Shown in pieces: positions 9,438 through 19,263 of a stretch of DNA of 41,950 nt (its first letter is position 1; every line of letters begins with the position of its first letter). The stretch is from assembly GCA_964614835.1 (NCBI GenBank), contig CAZTNJ010000004.1:1-41950 (forward strand), given 5' to 3'. A program made the translations under genes and the position numbers. The notes beneath the pieces are model-generated. The model did no database searches. It saw only the letters and a program-made list of their open reading frames with translations, and was not told the origin of the DNA. The stretch is from an uncultured Ignavibacteria bacterium (GTDB lineage Bacteria > Zixibacteria > MSB-5A5 > UBA10806 > 4484-95).

Positions 9438-10598
9438 ATGAAAAAGATTTCAATAATGACGGCCATCGGATGGTATCTGACAATAATGTCAGTCGCAACG
9501 GCTTTAGTGGCGCCCCGGGGAACCGAAAGCACCCTGGAGGTGGCAACCTGGAATTTAAAAGAGTTTCCCTACGCGGGGCAATCCACAATCGATACGGCCG
9601 CGATATTGATTCGAGATCTACAACTTGATATAATCGGGCTAAATGAGATAACCGACACTCTTGCGTTCGATAGTCTGTTGGCGCGGTTACCCGGATGGGA
9701 CGGCATATACGCGCCATCGTACGCGGGGGCATATATGAAAGAGGCAATCATATATCGAACCGATCAGATTCAGCTTTCGAATATCGAGACATTATTTTGG
9801 AATTTGACCTATGAATTTCCCAGGCCGCTATTAAAGGCCTATGTACAGGCGCATCTGCCATCAGGATACTTTGATTTCCATTTAATCGTGCTTCATCTAA
9901 AAGCCGGGAGCGAAGACTCGGATGTCAGTCGTCGAATAGCGGCGATGAACCGACTTAAGGATTATCTTGACCAATACGTACCGATAGCATCCGACCACGA
10001 TTGGGTGATAATCGGCGATTATAACGATAATGCCGATGACCCTCTGGCCAGCAATATATTTCGTAATTTCCTCGACGACACCACGCATTACAGGCTGTTG
10101 ACATTGCCGTTGGTGGGCAACCCGTACTGGGCATCATACCCGACATTTAATAGTTTGATAGATCATATCCTGGTAACAACGGATTGCCTGACCGAATACG
10201 GGGCTACGGGTCAGACTATTACACTTCGAATTGGCGATGAGTATCCCAGATACAGCAATATAATTTCGGACCATCGGCCGGTCATGTCGAAATTCGCGCA
10301 GATGCAATCGGGGGTTTTTGAGAACGCCGTTATTCCTTCGGATTTTCAAATTAGCGCTTACCCTAACCCATTTAATGAACAGGCAAATATATCGGTAAAA
10401 ATATCCAAACCGGGAATGATAAATCTGGAGCTTTTCGATTGTCTTGGCCGGAAGCAGCTGAATCTATATCGCGGCCATTTAGAAAACGGTAAATATATAT
10501 TTAATCTGAATGACAAGTCGCTTAGTTCGGGGATATATTTCCTGAGACTGTCGGGAGATGTACAGGTAGATATAATCAAAATGAATTTGATTAAGTGA
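9438..10598 (+). CDS. secreted endonuclease/exonuclease/phosphatase (EEP) family nuclease with T9SS C-terminal sorting domain
   Basis: EEP hallmarks 'LEVATWNLKEF', 'IIGLNEI', 'VIIGDYN' and 'SDHRPV'. The C-terminal ~80 aa, 'AYPNPFNEQANISV...SGIYFLRLSGD...KMNLIK', match the T9SS type-A CTD pattern. An N-terminal signal is present. Confidence 0.8.
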   Translation: MKKISIMTAIGWYLTIMSVATALVAPRGTESTLEVATWNLKEFPYAGQSTIDTAAILIRDLQLDIIGLNEITDTLAFDSLLARLPGWDGIYAPSYAGAYMKEAIIYRTDQIQLSNIETLFWNLTYEFPRPLLKAYVQAHLPSGYFDFHLIVLHLKAGSEDSDVSRRIAAMNRLKDYLDQYVPIASDHDWVIIGDYNDNADDPLASNIFRNFLDDTTHYRLLTLPLVGNPYWASYPTFNSLIDHILVTTDCLTEYGATGQTITLRIGDEYPRYSNIISDHRPVMSKFAQMQSGVFENAVIPSDFQISAYPNPFNEQANISVKISKPGMINLELFDCLGRKQLNLYRGHLENGKYIFNLNDKSLSSGIYFLRLSGDVQVDIIKMNLIK

Positions 10599-10615
10599 TT
10601 TAGAAAATACCACTA

Positions 10616-10658
10616 ATAAAAATCGCCTGATACGATTAGTTATCAGGCGATTTTTTTA
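10616..10658. terminator. bidirectional rho-independent terminator between convergent genes
   Basis: Perfect 12-bp stem AATCGCCTGATA / TATCAGGCGATT with an 8-nt loop. It is flanked by an A-run upstream and a T7 run downstream. Confidence 0.8.
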
Positions 10659-10673
10659 TATATCCAGACAAAA

Positions 10674-11954
10674 TTAATTCCCGATATCGGTGGAGAGTTT
10701 GTATCTGACAATGCGATTGTTGCCGGTATCGGAAATATAAACCGTTTTGCGATTGGCAAAATTATCGTAAGCCACGCCGGTGGGGTTGTTGACCTGTCCG
10801 ATGCTATCGCCTGAAGTCGCGAACGACATCCTGAGCTTGCCGGTCGAATCAAATTTGTGGATATACTTGACGACCGAATCGGTGGTTATGGAATCGAATT
10901 CGGGCACGGCATATGTAAATGTCGAATCGCCTTTCCACCAGGTGGAATCAAGCGTATTACGAGGACCGACAACAAATATACTTCCCGATGAATCGACGGT
11001 CGCCGCCGCCGGGTGGATAAAGTAATTATTGCGATGCAAATCGTTATCGGTACCGGTAAAAGCAGAAGCATACCATCCGAGACGATAATAGGTGTTGTTG
11101 CTGTATGCCAGTAATTGGCATTTGAAATACGATGAATCTTGAGTGTAGAGAAGATAACTGCGGCCACTTCTACCGAAGGCAGTAATGCCGTTGGGATGCG
11201 AGGTCGAACCCAGTCCGGTGCCGTAACTGATTTGGGGATTGGTGCAGGTGTCGTTTCCTACAAGATACTTGGAATCAAGAAGGTAATCGGATAGCGAATC
11301 GAACACGATCGAATCGGGGTTATCTATCGGGTGATTGAAGGCGGTATTCCCCGACCACCAGGTTGTATCGACGAAATTTATCTGATTTTTGAAAACCACT
11401 ACTTTTCCGCTATTAAACACGGATGGGGTAGCGGCGGTTACGTAATACCTTTTAACGTAGCCAACAGCGCAGGCGATATCGGTGAATACATCGGTGCTTT
11501 TGAGCATCAAAGTATCATTGTAGACATTATCGCGCCAGCTATAACAGAGGGCAGCAATGCCATCGCCACCGGGACCGACATTGATTTTATAAATATCTTT
11601 TGAATCGCCGGTAACCACGAGAAGGCGCAATAGCTCATCCTGGGTGAGGCCGATCGGGTGAGGTACTGCGTATGTTCCCTGAATCGTGCCGTGCGCATCC
11701 AAACGAACCACCCGATTATTATCGGTATCGGCGATATAGATATATGTATCGCGGCCCACGATAAGTTTGTGAGGATTGTTAAACGAAAAACCGTTAGCGG
11801 CGTCCCATGGCGGGTCAAGTTGGACATAAGTGGTTTCGCCGATAACGCCTCCCCCCCGATTTTCCTTGGGTCTGTTGATTTTGGTACCGCAAGAAAGTAA
11901 AAATACAATGGCCGCCATCACCGCAACAGTAATCAAAGCTATTTTCTTATTCAT
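10674..11954 (-). CDS. NHL-repeat beta-propeller lipoprotein
   Basis: Signal peptide with lipobox 'FLLSCG'. NHL-like repeats 'ADTDNNRVVRLD' and 'SDTGNNRIVRYKL'. The start lies 2 nt after the upstream stop. Confidence 0.65.
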   Translation of the reverse strand: MNKKIALITVAVMAAIVFLLSCGTKINRPKENRGGGVIGETTYVQLDPPWDAANGFSFNNPHKLIVGRDTYIYIADTDNNRVVRLDAHGTIQGTYAVPHPIGLTQDELLRLLVVTGDSKDIYKINVGPGGDGIAALCYSWRDNVYNDTLMLKSTDVFTDIACAVGYVKRYYVTAATPSVFNSGKVVVFKNQINFVDTTWWSGNTAFNHPIDNPDSIVFDSLSDYLLDSKYLVGNDTCTNPQISYGTGLGSTSHPNGITAFGRSGRSYLLYTQDSSYFKCQLLAYSNNTYYRLGWYASAFTGTDNDLHRNNYFIHPAAATVDSSGSIFVVGPRNTLDSTWWKGDSTFTYAVPEFDSITTDSVVKYIHKFDSTGKLRMSFATSGDSIGQVNNPTGVAYDNFANRKTVYISDTGNNRIVRYKLSTDIGN

Positions 11955-11956
11955 GC

Positions 11957-12961
11957 TTAGAACTCCAGACCAATTGAGAAGACACTGGTTCCACCCAGGT
12001 TTCTCATTGAAGTATAGCCGTAGTCAATCGAGCCTTTGGCCATTTTAATATCTATTTTCACGCCGGCGCCAAGCGAGTAGTTTTCAACATCCGAATTGAG
12101 CAGGTAGCCGCCGCGGAGAAATAACATCTCGTTCATCGAGTATTCCGCGCCGATAGCGATGTTCTCGGCGTTATCGGTCGGATGATTTAATTGGGTAACG
12201 CAGGTCAGTTTATTCTGGCCGGAGGTTAAAGGTTCAAAAGCCGCGGATACTTTAAAAACTGTCGGCGGCGAAAACGACTGATATTCTTTATCGATTATGC
12301 TTCCGGAAACAGTTGTGTATTTATAAGTGCCGCCCGGCTTTACCCGATTTCCGAAGTTGGCCATGTTTATCGCGAAACGAGTGCCATAGAAATCGGTTTG
12401 GTAGAGGGTGCCAAGGTCGACCAAAACCGTTTTCAGGCGAAGGTCCCCGATATTCTCTTGAGCGTACTTTAAGGTAAGGCCACAGGAAAAATATTCGGTC
12501 AGCTTGGTTGAATAAGACACGCCGGCGGCAAAATCGGCATATTCGATTGTTTCGCCGGTGCCTGTCGGATGATACTCGTCGGTTACCATCATGGGATCGG
12601 TCGTTAGAGTAATTAAACTCAAGCCCAGAATGTTGTTTTCATCGATATGGCGGGCGACGCCGATGAAATTGTGTTGAAGCTCGGCAACCCATGAACGATA
12701 GGAAAAGGCGGCGCCGTCCTGTTCATTCCAGGCTAATCCCGCGGGGTTATGATAGAGCGAGTAGATATCGGTGCAGGAGGCCGAATAAGCGCCCGCAAGG
12801 GAGGCGCTTCGCGCCCCAACGCCAATTTTCAGGAAGGTCATTCCGGCCGTACCGGATTTAGTGCCGCCCAGGCTGGGGAAGATATTGAACCCGAATGCCA
12901 TCGTCTGCATTATAAAAAGCGCGGCAACGATTAACGCTAGTATTTTTACTCTGTTTACCAT
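11957..12961 (-). CDS. PorV/PorQ-family outer-membrane beta-barrel protein
   Basis: Signal peptide, then 'FLKIGVGARSASLAGAYSASCTDIYSLYHNPAGLAW', the hallmark N-terminal motif of the PorV/PorQ family. Alternating beta-strand pattern with a C-terminal '...SVFSIGLEF'. The start overlaps the TonB-receptor stop (ATGGTAA). Confidence 0.6.
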   Translation of the reverse strand: MVNRVKILALIVAALFIMQTMAFGFNIFPSLGGTKSGTAGMTFLKIGVGARSASLAGAYSASCTDIYSLYHNPAGLAWNEQDGAAFSYRSWVAELQHNFIGVARHIDENNILGLSLITLTTDPMMVTDEYHPTGTGETIEYADFAAGVSYSTKLTEYFSCGLTLKYAQENIGDLRLKTVLVDLGTLYQTDFYGTRFAINMANFGNRVKPGGTYKYTTVSGSIIDKEYQSFSPPTVFKVSAAFEPLTSGQNKLTCVTQLNHPTDNAENIAIGAEYSMNEMLFLRGGYLLNSDVENYSLGAGVKIDIKMAKGSIDYGYTSMRNLGGTSVFSIGLEF

Positions 12962-15792
12962 GACAACGACACCCCCAACTTAATATTTCTTGGCGCCAGG
13001 TACCGCGATGGATCAAACGGGAATGGATAGGTCGGATTGCGATCAGGATTCAGTGGATCATTCCAGCTGGTCAAGACAGGATCGCCATACTCGTATGCTT
13101 GACCGGTAAGCGGATTAATAATTGAGGAATTTTTCGAATTGGTCAAATTGGTAACTTCCAAGAAAATTGAATATTGGAATTTGCTCAATCTGAAATGTTT
13201 TTTAACGCTCAGATCCATCCATTTCCATGATTTGGCGGTTCTGCTGTATGGGTTATTATCATTTTTTATGTATTCCGGTTCCTGTCCGAGTCGTTCTATC
13301 CTGGTGTATGTTGTGTAACGTTGACCCGATTGCCAGAAAAATCTCAGATAGGCGTTCCATAAGTCCGGCAGCCGAAGTTTCCAGATATTGTAATGTTCGC
13401 CTTTTCCAGAATAGAACGAGAAATCGGCGGAGACTCGAAAAGGTCTATCCCACGACAGATAATTTTCTTTAATCGATTTTTCCTCGAGTTCACCTCTGGC
13501 GACCAGTAGCTCATCCTTGGGCGAGGAGCTTTTACCGGTGGCAATCGAATATGATCCCTGCAACGTCATATTCAAAAGCTTGCTGGCGCGCTTTTTGTAT
13601 TCGATTTCGATACCGCGAGACCGAGCGTAATCGAGGTTAAAATACATGATGAAGTTCTGATTGGAATAGCGGCCGCCCTGGGTAATCGAAAACGCGGCGA
13701 TATAATCGAAGATATCCTTATAGTAGGTCGTAACGGATAGGACATCATTGGTGGTGACCTCGTAGCGTAAACCCAATTCGTAAGAAACGGTCGTTTCGGG
13801 ATTCAGGTTAGGATTGCCAAACAATGGATATGACGAGCTGGTGGAAGTTGAAGACAACTTGGCATAAACGCGCTGGGGTTGCGGCAATTTCGAGAAATGG
13901 CCGTAGGAATAGAAGAGCATGGCATTTTCGGTAACTGGATGGGAAATGCCGATTCGAGGGGAAATGTGGGCTTTGCCGCGATGGCCGAAAATGCTGTAAG
14001 TATCATCGTAATAGGCGGCCCGTAAACCGGGAGAAATTACCTCGGAGCTTTGATTTTTAACAAGGTCGTCGATATAGTCTCCCGGGAACCACCAATCGAG
14101 GCGGAGGCCGGCGTTGACGATAAGACCGAACGAGGATATTTTATCCTGAAGATACATCGACCCGGTATTGGGATAGACCTTATAGATATCGTGATCCAAA
14201 CCCAACCCGCCCTTGCCGATACCGGGGTTGTTGATATCCACCATCTGGATTTCCTGGAAGTTTGATTCAAAGCCGCCCTTAATTAAGTGGCGGGTTCCGA
14301 AGCTGAGGTTCCCATCCCATTTTAAGGTGTATTGCTCGAAATAGTAATCGCGCCATTGGTCGCCGACGCCATAATCATAGAAACCGTCGCCGGTAGTAAT
14401 ATCGTAATGGTCAAGATATCTAACCGGTTGATGGGATATTGAATCGAAGTAGGTTACATATACCGGTATATAATTTATGGGCAAGATATCGATCGGTTGT
14501 TCGTGGCTGTCACTCCAGCTTTTATTTTTAACAGATGATCGCTGCTGAGTGAAGAATCGCGAGAGTTTCAATTCGTAGAAAAATTTGGGGCTGGTGGTGT
14601 GGGTCAGCGAGAGCGTTTGGTTGTTGGAAACGCGAGTGCGAGTATTGTAATTGGCCAGAATGTTCTGGAATCGATATGGGTAGCTGCCCGCATCAAGGTT
14701 GGGATTTTCAAAATCATTTGATTGAAAACCCTGATCGATATTCAGCGAACCGGAGAAAGAACCGACTAATTTGAGGGTCGAGCTGAATCGATGAGTTAAT
14801 TTAAATAAACCGGAGTACTCGTTGGCCTCGCGGGGCGCGTATTTTGAACCGCCAAACAATGATGAGTACAGGTCGTGCGTATGGGGTAAATAGGTATCCG
14901 AAAGGCTGGCGTATCCGGAGGAGAAAAAGCTCATGTTTTTCACAAACGGTACCGGCCCCGAAAGCTGAACTTCGCCAATATCGGAGTTAAAATTAGAGGA
15001 GCTGATTTTTCCCTGGTCATCGACAGTGGATTTCTTGAATAGTCCGAAATTATCCGTTTTATAGGACAAGCGGCCTGAATACTTCTGCACTGAGCCTTCT
15101 TTGGTTTTAACCTGCACCACGCCCGACATGGCCTGGCCATATTCGGCATTGAAACCACCGGTTAGCACCTCGAATTCTTCGATGGCGCCGGCGGTGATAT
15201 TGAGGCCGGCAGTACCGCCGGAATAGGGATCCTGGATGGAGATACCATCGATAAGGTAGGCATTTTCGTAAGCGCGGCCGCCGCGAATATGGATTTCATC
15301 GCCGGCCACAACAACGCCCGATTGATTTTTCAGCAGATCAGTAGCGTTTTCGACAACGAGATTTTTAATCTGGTCGGAGCCAATTGCTGAGCGACTCTCT
15401 GTAGCGCCGATATCAAGCATCGGTTTTTCGCCAATGACCACGATATCTTTGCCAAGAGTCAAAACCGACGGTTCCAATTTGAAATCCATGTTGATAGAAT
15501 CCAGTTCTTCAAAATGAACCGCGGTTCTTTGAATCATCTTGTAACCTATCAGGGACACCTCTATCGTATAGGTGCCGCCTTTAATATTAACGACTTTATA
15601 ATAGCCGTCAATATTGGTTGAGGCGCCGAAATAGGTACCTTTAATCATGATAGTGGCGCCCGGTAAAGCTTCACCGGTTTTTGAATCGGTGATTACGCCT
15701 GTCATAACAGCGGCCATAGCGCTATTTGCCAACAGGGCGACTATCATCATCGTTAAGGTTATCAGGACAATTGAATTATTTCTGTTATTCAT
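12955..15792 (-). CDS. TonB-dependent receptor with N-terminal carboxypeptidase-regulatory-like domain
   Basis: CarboxypepD_reg-like 'GVITDSKTGEALPGATIMIKGT...DGYYKV'. Plug domain 'LLKNQSGVVV...IHIRGGRAYENAYLIDGISIQDP' and 'FNAEYGQAMSGVVQVKTKEG'. Long beta-barrel ending in 'LGVSLSW'. Start set at ATG 15792 (MNNRNNS..., signal peptide), overlapping the upstream stop in ATGAATAA. Confidence 0.88.
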   Translation of the reverse strand: MNNRNNSIVLITLTMMIVALLANSAMAAVMTGVITDSKTGEALPGATIMIKGTYFGASTNIDGYYKVVNIKGGTYTIEVSLIGYKMIQRTAVHFEELDSINMDFKLEPSVLTLGKDIVVIGEKPMLDIGATESRSAIGSDQIKNLVVENATDLLKNQSGVVVAGDEIHIRGGRAYENAYLIDGISIQDPYSGGTAGLNITAGAIEEFEVLTGGFNAEYGQAMSGVVQVKTKEGSVQKYSGRLSYKTDNFGLFKKSTVDDQGKISSSNFNSDIGEVQLSGPVPFVKNMSFFSSGYASLSDTYLPHTHDLYSSLFGGSKYAPREANEYSGLFKLTHRFSSTLKLVGSFSGSLNIDQGFQSNDFENPNLDAGSYPYRFQNILANYNTRTRVSNNQTLSLTHTTSPKFFYELKLSRFFTQQRSSVKNKSWSDSHEQPIDILPINYIPVYVTYFDSISHQPVRYLDHYDITTGDGFYDYGVGDQWRDYYFEQYTLKWDGNLSFGTRHLIKGGFESNFQEIQMVDINNPGIGKGGLGLDHDIYKVYPNTGSMYLQDKISSFGLIVNAGLRLDWWFPGDYIDDLVKNQSSEVISPGLRAAYYDDTYSIFGHRGKAHISPRIGISHPVTENAMLFYSYGHFSKLPQPQRVYAKLSSTSTSSSYPLFGNPNLNPETTVSYELGLRYEVTTNDVLSVTTYYKDIFDYIAAFSITQGGRYSNQNFIMYFNLDYARSRGIEIEYKKRASKLLNMTLQGSYSIATGKSSSPKDELLVARGELEEKSIKENYLSWDRPFRVSADFSFYSGKGEHYNIWKLRLPDLWNAYLRFFWQSGQRYTTYTRIERLGQEPEYIKNDNNPYSRTAKSWKWMDLSVKKHFRLSKFQYSIFLEVTNLTNSKNSSIINPLTGQAYEYGDPVLTSWNDPLNPDRNPTYPFPFDPSRYLAPRNIKLGVSLSW

Positions 15793-17215
15793 CTTGGAAC
15801 TCGTATTGTAAGATGTTTGAATACATCCGGCTGAATGTATTCTGACCATTGCAATCAAAAACAGCAAAAGAGAATAAAACAACCCTGGCCTTCCATCTAT
15901 TAACAGGGTCAAACGCTGGATAGCGGACCGCCACAGTATCTCCGGTTGTGGTATAGAGAACTTCATATCCGGATTCGCCGAACATACCGGTAAGGCCCAC
16001 GGGAACGGCCGGAGCAAAACCGAAAGTAAACGAGAGCGGTATCGTGGCATACAGGGTATCCGGATAAATTTGAATGTCATTGTATCTTACCGTATCGGTT
16101 CCGGGCGGTATAACCATAAACATCGGTCTGCTTATATTTGTTCTATATATGTTATCGATTGGCAGGAATGGGTAAATAGCGGTATCGCGGCTGGAATATG
16201 TCATGTTGGTCATCAGACGTCCGCCGGTACGAAGGAAATTGACTATTCCGTTAGAAGCCTGGGTAAAATGCCTGTCGGAACCGGCGTTCCAGATAACGAT
16301 ATCGAAATTTCTTAAGGTTGAATCGATATCAGTGGTATTGTAAAAGGTTCGCCTTTCGAAATTCAGCGTGGTGTAACCGGAAGGATACAGCGAATCGAGA
16401 ATATCGGTAAAAATATGTTCGCTATCGAAGAAATAGGAGTTGTCATCAACATATAGGATATCACCGACTGAAGGTTTGACTTCCCATTTACCCCGAATCG
16501 TATCCGGGTAGAATATTACGGGGCTATAAGCTCCGGCGACATCCTGGCAGCGAAGGAAAAAGCGGTAGAAACCTGGTTGAAGGTCGGTAAAGGTGTAGCG
16601 GGTTGTCAGGGAATCCAGATGATGCCAGGTGACGGTATCGAGGTCATCGACGCGCATCGATGAATCACCGAGATAGAAATCGTAACCGACTATCGTTATG
16701 TCGCCATCAGGATCGCCGCCATTCCAGTTAAAAGTCATGTAATTTAAAGAAACGAAATAAGCAGTGTCGTAATTGTGGGTAAAGGCAAACGGGAAATTCA
16801 CCTCGGGCGGCGAATTTATAATCGGGAAAGTCATTTTAGCCGGAGTGGCATCCAATGCCGAGTCGTTGTCCATTGCTCGAACGAAGAACGTAAAATATCC
16901 CATGGTATCGCGAATTGGGACATAAAACGTATCCATAACATCTTGAGTAAACGTCCAATTGCCTATGGAGGTATCATCCCAGGCCCACTGGTAACCGATA
17001 ATTTCGCCATCAGGATCATCGCCGTACCAGTGGAGAATTTGCCGGGAATAATATCTTCCGGGCAAAGTATCAGCGGTCACCTGGCCGAGGCTGTCGCCTA
17101 TTACAAGAAACAGGTGGGTTTCGGGCGGCTTATTCGGTCCGGGGCCAGACGAATTTTTAGAACCGCAACCAGCAATGCCGGCTGCCATTAAAAACAAGAT
17201 TAAAAATTTCCTCAC
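15785..17215 (-). CDS. lipoprotein of unknown function (Ig-like 'DPDG' repeats plus a C-terminal alpha/beta domain)
   Basis: GTG start with GAGG upstream. Signal plus lipobox 'AAGIAGCGS'. Repeated 'W.GDDPDGEIIGYQW / WNGGDPDGDITIVGYDF' modules. The C-terminal half has no recognisable catalytic motif. Confidence 0.6.
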   Translation of the reverse strand: MRKFLILFLMAAGIAGCGSKNSSGPGPNKPPETHLFLVIGDSLGQVTADTLPGRYYSRQILHWYGDDPDGEIIGYQWAWDDTSIGNWTFTQDVMDTFYVPIRDTMGYFTFFVRAMDNDSALDATPAKMTFPIINSPPEVNFPFAFTHNYDTAYFVSLNYMTFNWNGGDPDGDITIVGYDFYLGDSSMRVDDLDTVTWHHLDSLTTRYTFTDLQPGFYRFFLRCQDVAGAYSPVIFYPDTIRGKWEVKPSVGDILYVDDNSYFFDSEHIFTDILDSLYPSGYTTLNFERRTFYNTTDIDSTLRNFDIVIWNAGSDRHFTQASNGIVNFLRTGGRLMTNMTYSSRDTAIYPFLPIDNIYRTNISRPMFMVIPPGTDTVRYNDIQIYPDTLYATIPLSFTFGFAPAVPVGLTGMFGESGYEVLYTTTGDTVAVRYPAFDPVNRWKARVVLFSFAVFDCNGQNTFSRMYSNILQYEFQDE

Positions 17216-17244
17216 GATCCCCTCGAATCGCCCCCCTAAAACAT

Positions 17245-19251
17245 TTATTTCAGCATCAACATCTGTTTAGTCTCAGAAAAATCACCAGCTTTTAATTGAT
17301 AGAAATAGATACCGCTCGAAACGGCTTGGCCTTGAGAGTCCACGCCATCCCAAATAATAGAGGCCATCCCGACGGGCAGATTAAGCTTCGTGGTTTCGAA
17401 CACCTTTCTGCCTAATAAATCAAATATCGCCAAAGTCGCGTTACCTGGACGGTTCAAATAGAAATTTATCATGGTTGTGGGATTGAACGGGTTGGGATAA
17501 TTCTGATAGAGAGTCGTCCTGGTCGGCAAAGCCTGTTGCTCATCGCGTATAGACACATCATTGGAGAAATCGAGATAGCGACGGGGCTGGAGTTGATAGC
17601 CTGAACGATATGGCGGTGTGTAATCATACTGGCCGATAACGCCAACTATTTTTTGCGGTAGAACTGGCCGAATCTGACCTGGTATATTAGTGCTTCTATC
17701 AATACGAAGGGCGGCGCTGTCTCCCGGTATATCAACGATAGTCATAGTCGCTGATGAACCCAGGGCCGGCCAGGAATTGGGTATATCCACCAGGTCAACA
17801 TGTCGAACATATGCCAGGCGCCCTTCATACGATTCGCCGATACTATCGCCGAGTTGGGCGCAAGTAACGCTAAGCGTATCAAAAGCCCTATTCGTACCCA
17901 GGATACTGATACGGCTTACCCTCGAGCAAATTACTTGAGCCCGTCCATTATAATGGGCGACGGTACCGATAGCTTTGATAGAATCGCCGATATTCACATT
18001 AACCGTAGCGCTTCCCAAATAACAACCAATTCCGGCGGTGGCGTCCTGCATGAAGAAATCGGTGGTAGTGGTCGTAGTAAAGTTTGCGCTGGTGGCGACA
18101 CCATATATAATAACGGCGGTGTCGATTAAATCGGGAAGGAAATCGCCGTTGGCATCAATTCTCGCCTCGGCAATAGATACGGTTCGGGGCGATTGGACTT
18201 TATAGCGCTTGAAACTGATAGGAGCTTGGTCAGGATATTTGCTGCTATCGCCGCGGTTGTCGATGGCTTTGATGTAATAATCGACCATGTAGCCGGCCGG
18301 CAACGGCGGGAAAGTAAACGAGTAGTAGTTGTTGCTTCCCGCAGTCATTACCTGACTTTGCCAGTTTCCAAGATTAAATCTATATTTTAGCCAGACGGTT
18401 TGAACCAGACTGTCATCGATAACATTAGCCGAAATTCTGGTGGAATCGGCATCACTTGCGGATACATAGATTGGGTTAGTCGGCGAGTTATAAACATTGC
18501 TTATAATCGGGGCGCCAGTTGGCAGGGCCATATCTCTCATATAACGAGGCTGCAGGTTGTAACATCCAAAGCGATGGTAAATAACTCCCTGTACATAGGC
18601 AAAGTGAGTACCGATTGGCGGCAAAAAACCGCTGATGGAATCGGAAGCTTCCCTGACCATCATGCGATGACCTGAAGAATCGGAGCATATCCAGGTTGAA
18701 GTGCTACCGTATACGATGGTGGTTTCGACAGTAACATCATTGATTCGGCAGTAGACACCTTCAAATTGCTCGCCTAGAGAATCCGCTCCACCGGTCGAAT
18801 CAATCCAGGCTGCCGAGGGAATAACCACTGGGGTTGGTTCAGGATTACCAAAAGAGACGAAAGAAAAACTATTGCGGATAATACGCAATTCTGTCATGGT
18901 GCAGAAACGCCCCGCGGTATAATTATATTCCTGGACTAAGGCATCGAAAGTTATGGAATCGCCCGGAATCAAAGTCGGATAGCCAGTGGCGCTTGAATCG
19001 TAAGCCATAATTCCCGACCAGGGACCGCCGGAGGAGGTTTCGAGATAAAATGACACTCCTGTACCGGCATAATATAAACCTGTCCCGGCCACGACAACGC
19101 CGCCCGTATGGACATATTGTCCGGCATACTCCGAACTATCCTGTCCACTGGGAACTTCCTGGATCAGGTTGATAGAGACTGTATCATAAGCTAAAGCTGT
19201 CGCCGCCAGATACATCGCTCCAATCACGATTAAAATCGCTGCTTTATTCAT
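17245..19251 (-). CDS. secreted T9SS cargo protein with two YhcR/ExeM-like OB-fold modules
   Basis: AAGGAG lies 6 nt upstream of the ATG and a signal peptide is present. OB-like modules are 'GQYVHTGGVVVAG...FYLETSSG...GDSITFDALVQEYN' and 'VIIYGVATSAN...FFMQDATAGIGCYL...IGDSIKAIGTVAHYNGRAQV'. T9SS CTD 'YPNPFNPTTMINF...SGIYFYQLKAGD...MLMLK'. Confidence 0.7.
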   Translation of the reverse strand: MNKAAILIVIGAMYLAATALAYDTVSINLIQEVPSGQDSSEYAGQYVHTGGVVVAGTGLYYAGTGVSFYLETSSGGPWSGIMAYDSSATGYPTLIPGDSITFDALVQEYNYTAGRFCTMTELRIIRNSFSFVSFGNPEPTPVVIPSAAWIDSTGGADSLGEQFEGVYCRINDVTVETTIVYGSTSTWICSDSSGHRMMVREASDSISGFLPPIGTHFAYVQGVIYHRFGCYNLQPRYMRDMALPTGAPIISNVYNSPTNPIYVSASDADSTRISANVIDDSLVQTVWLKYRFNLGNWQSQVMTAGSNNYYSFTFPPLPAGYMVDYYIKAIDNRGDSSKYPDQAPISFKRYKVQSPRTVSIAEARIDANGDFLPDLIDTAVIIYGVATSANFTTTTTTDFFMQDATAGIGCYLGSATVNVNIGDSIKAIGTVAHYNGRAQVICSRVSRISILGTNRAFDTLSVTCAQLGDSIGESYEGRLAYVRHVDLVDIPNSWPALGSSATMTIVDIPGDSAALRIDRSTNIPGQIRPVLPQKIVGVIGQYDYTPPYRSGYQLQPRRYLDFSNDVSIRDEQQALPTRTTLYQNYPNPFNPTTMINFYLNRPGNATLAIFDLLGRKVFETTKLNLPVGMASIIWDGVDSQGQAVSSGIYFYQLKAGDFSETKQMLMLK

Positions 19252-19263
19252 CGCGTACTCCTT

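Noticed and set aside
15793-16080. 96-aa N-terminal extension of the TonB-receptor ORF in the ORF track (start at 16080).
   Set aside because: The extension overlaps the 3' end of the upstream lipoprotein gene in another frame and has no signal-peptide character. ATG 15792 gives MNNRNNS plus a signal peptide and forms an ATGAATAA coupling overlap with the upstream stop.
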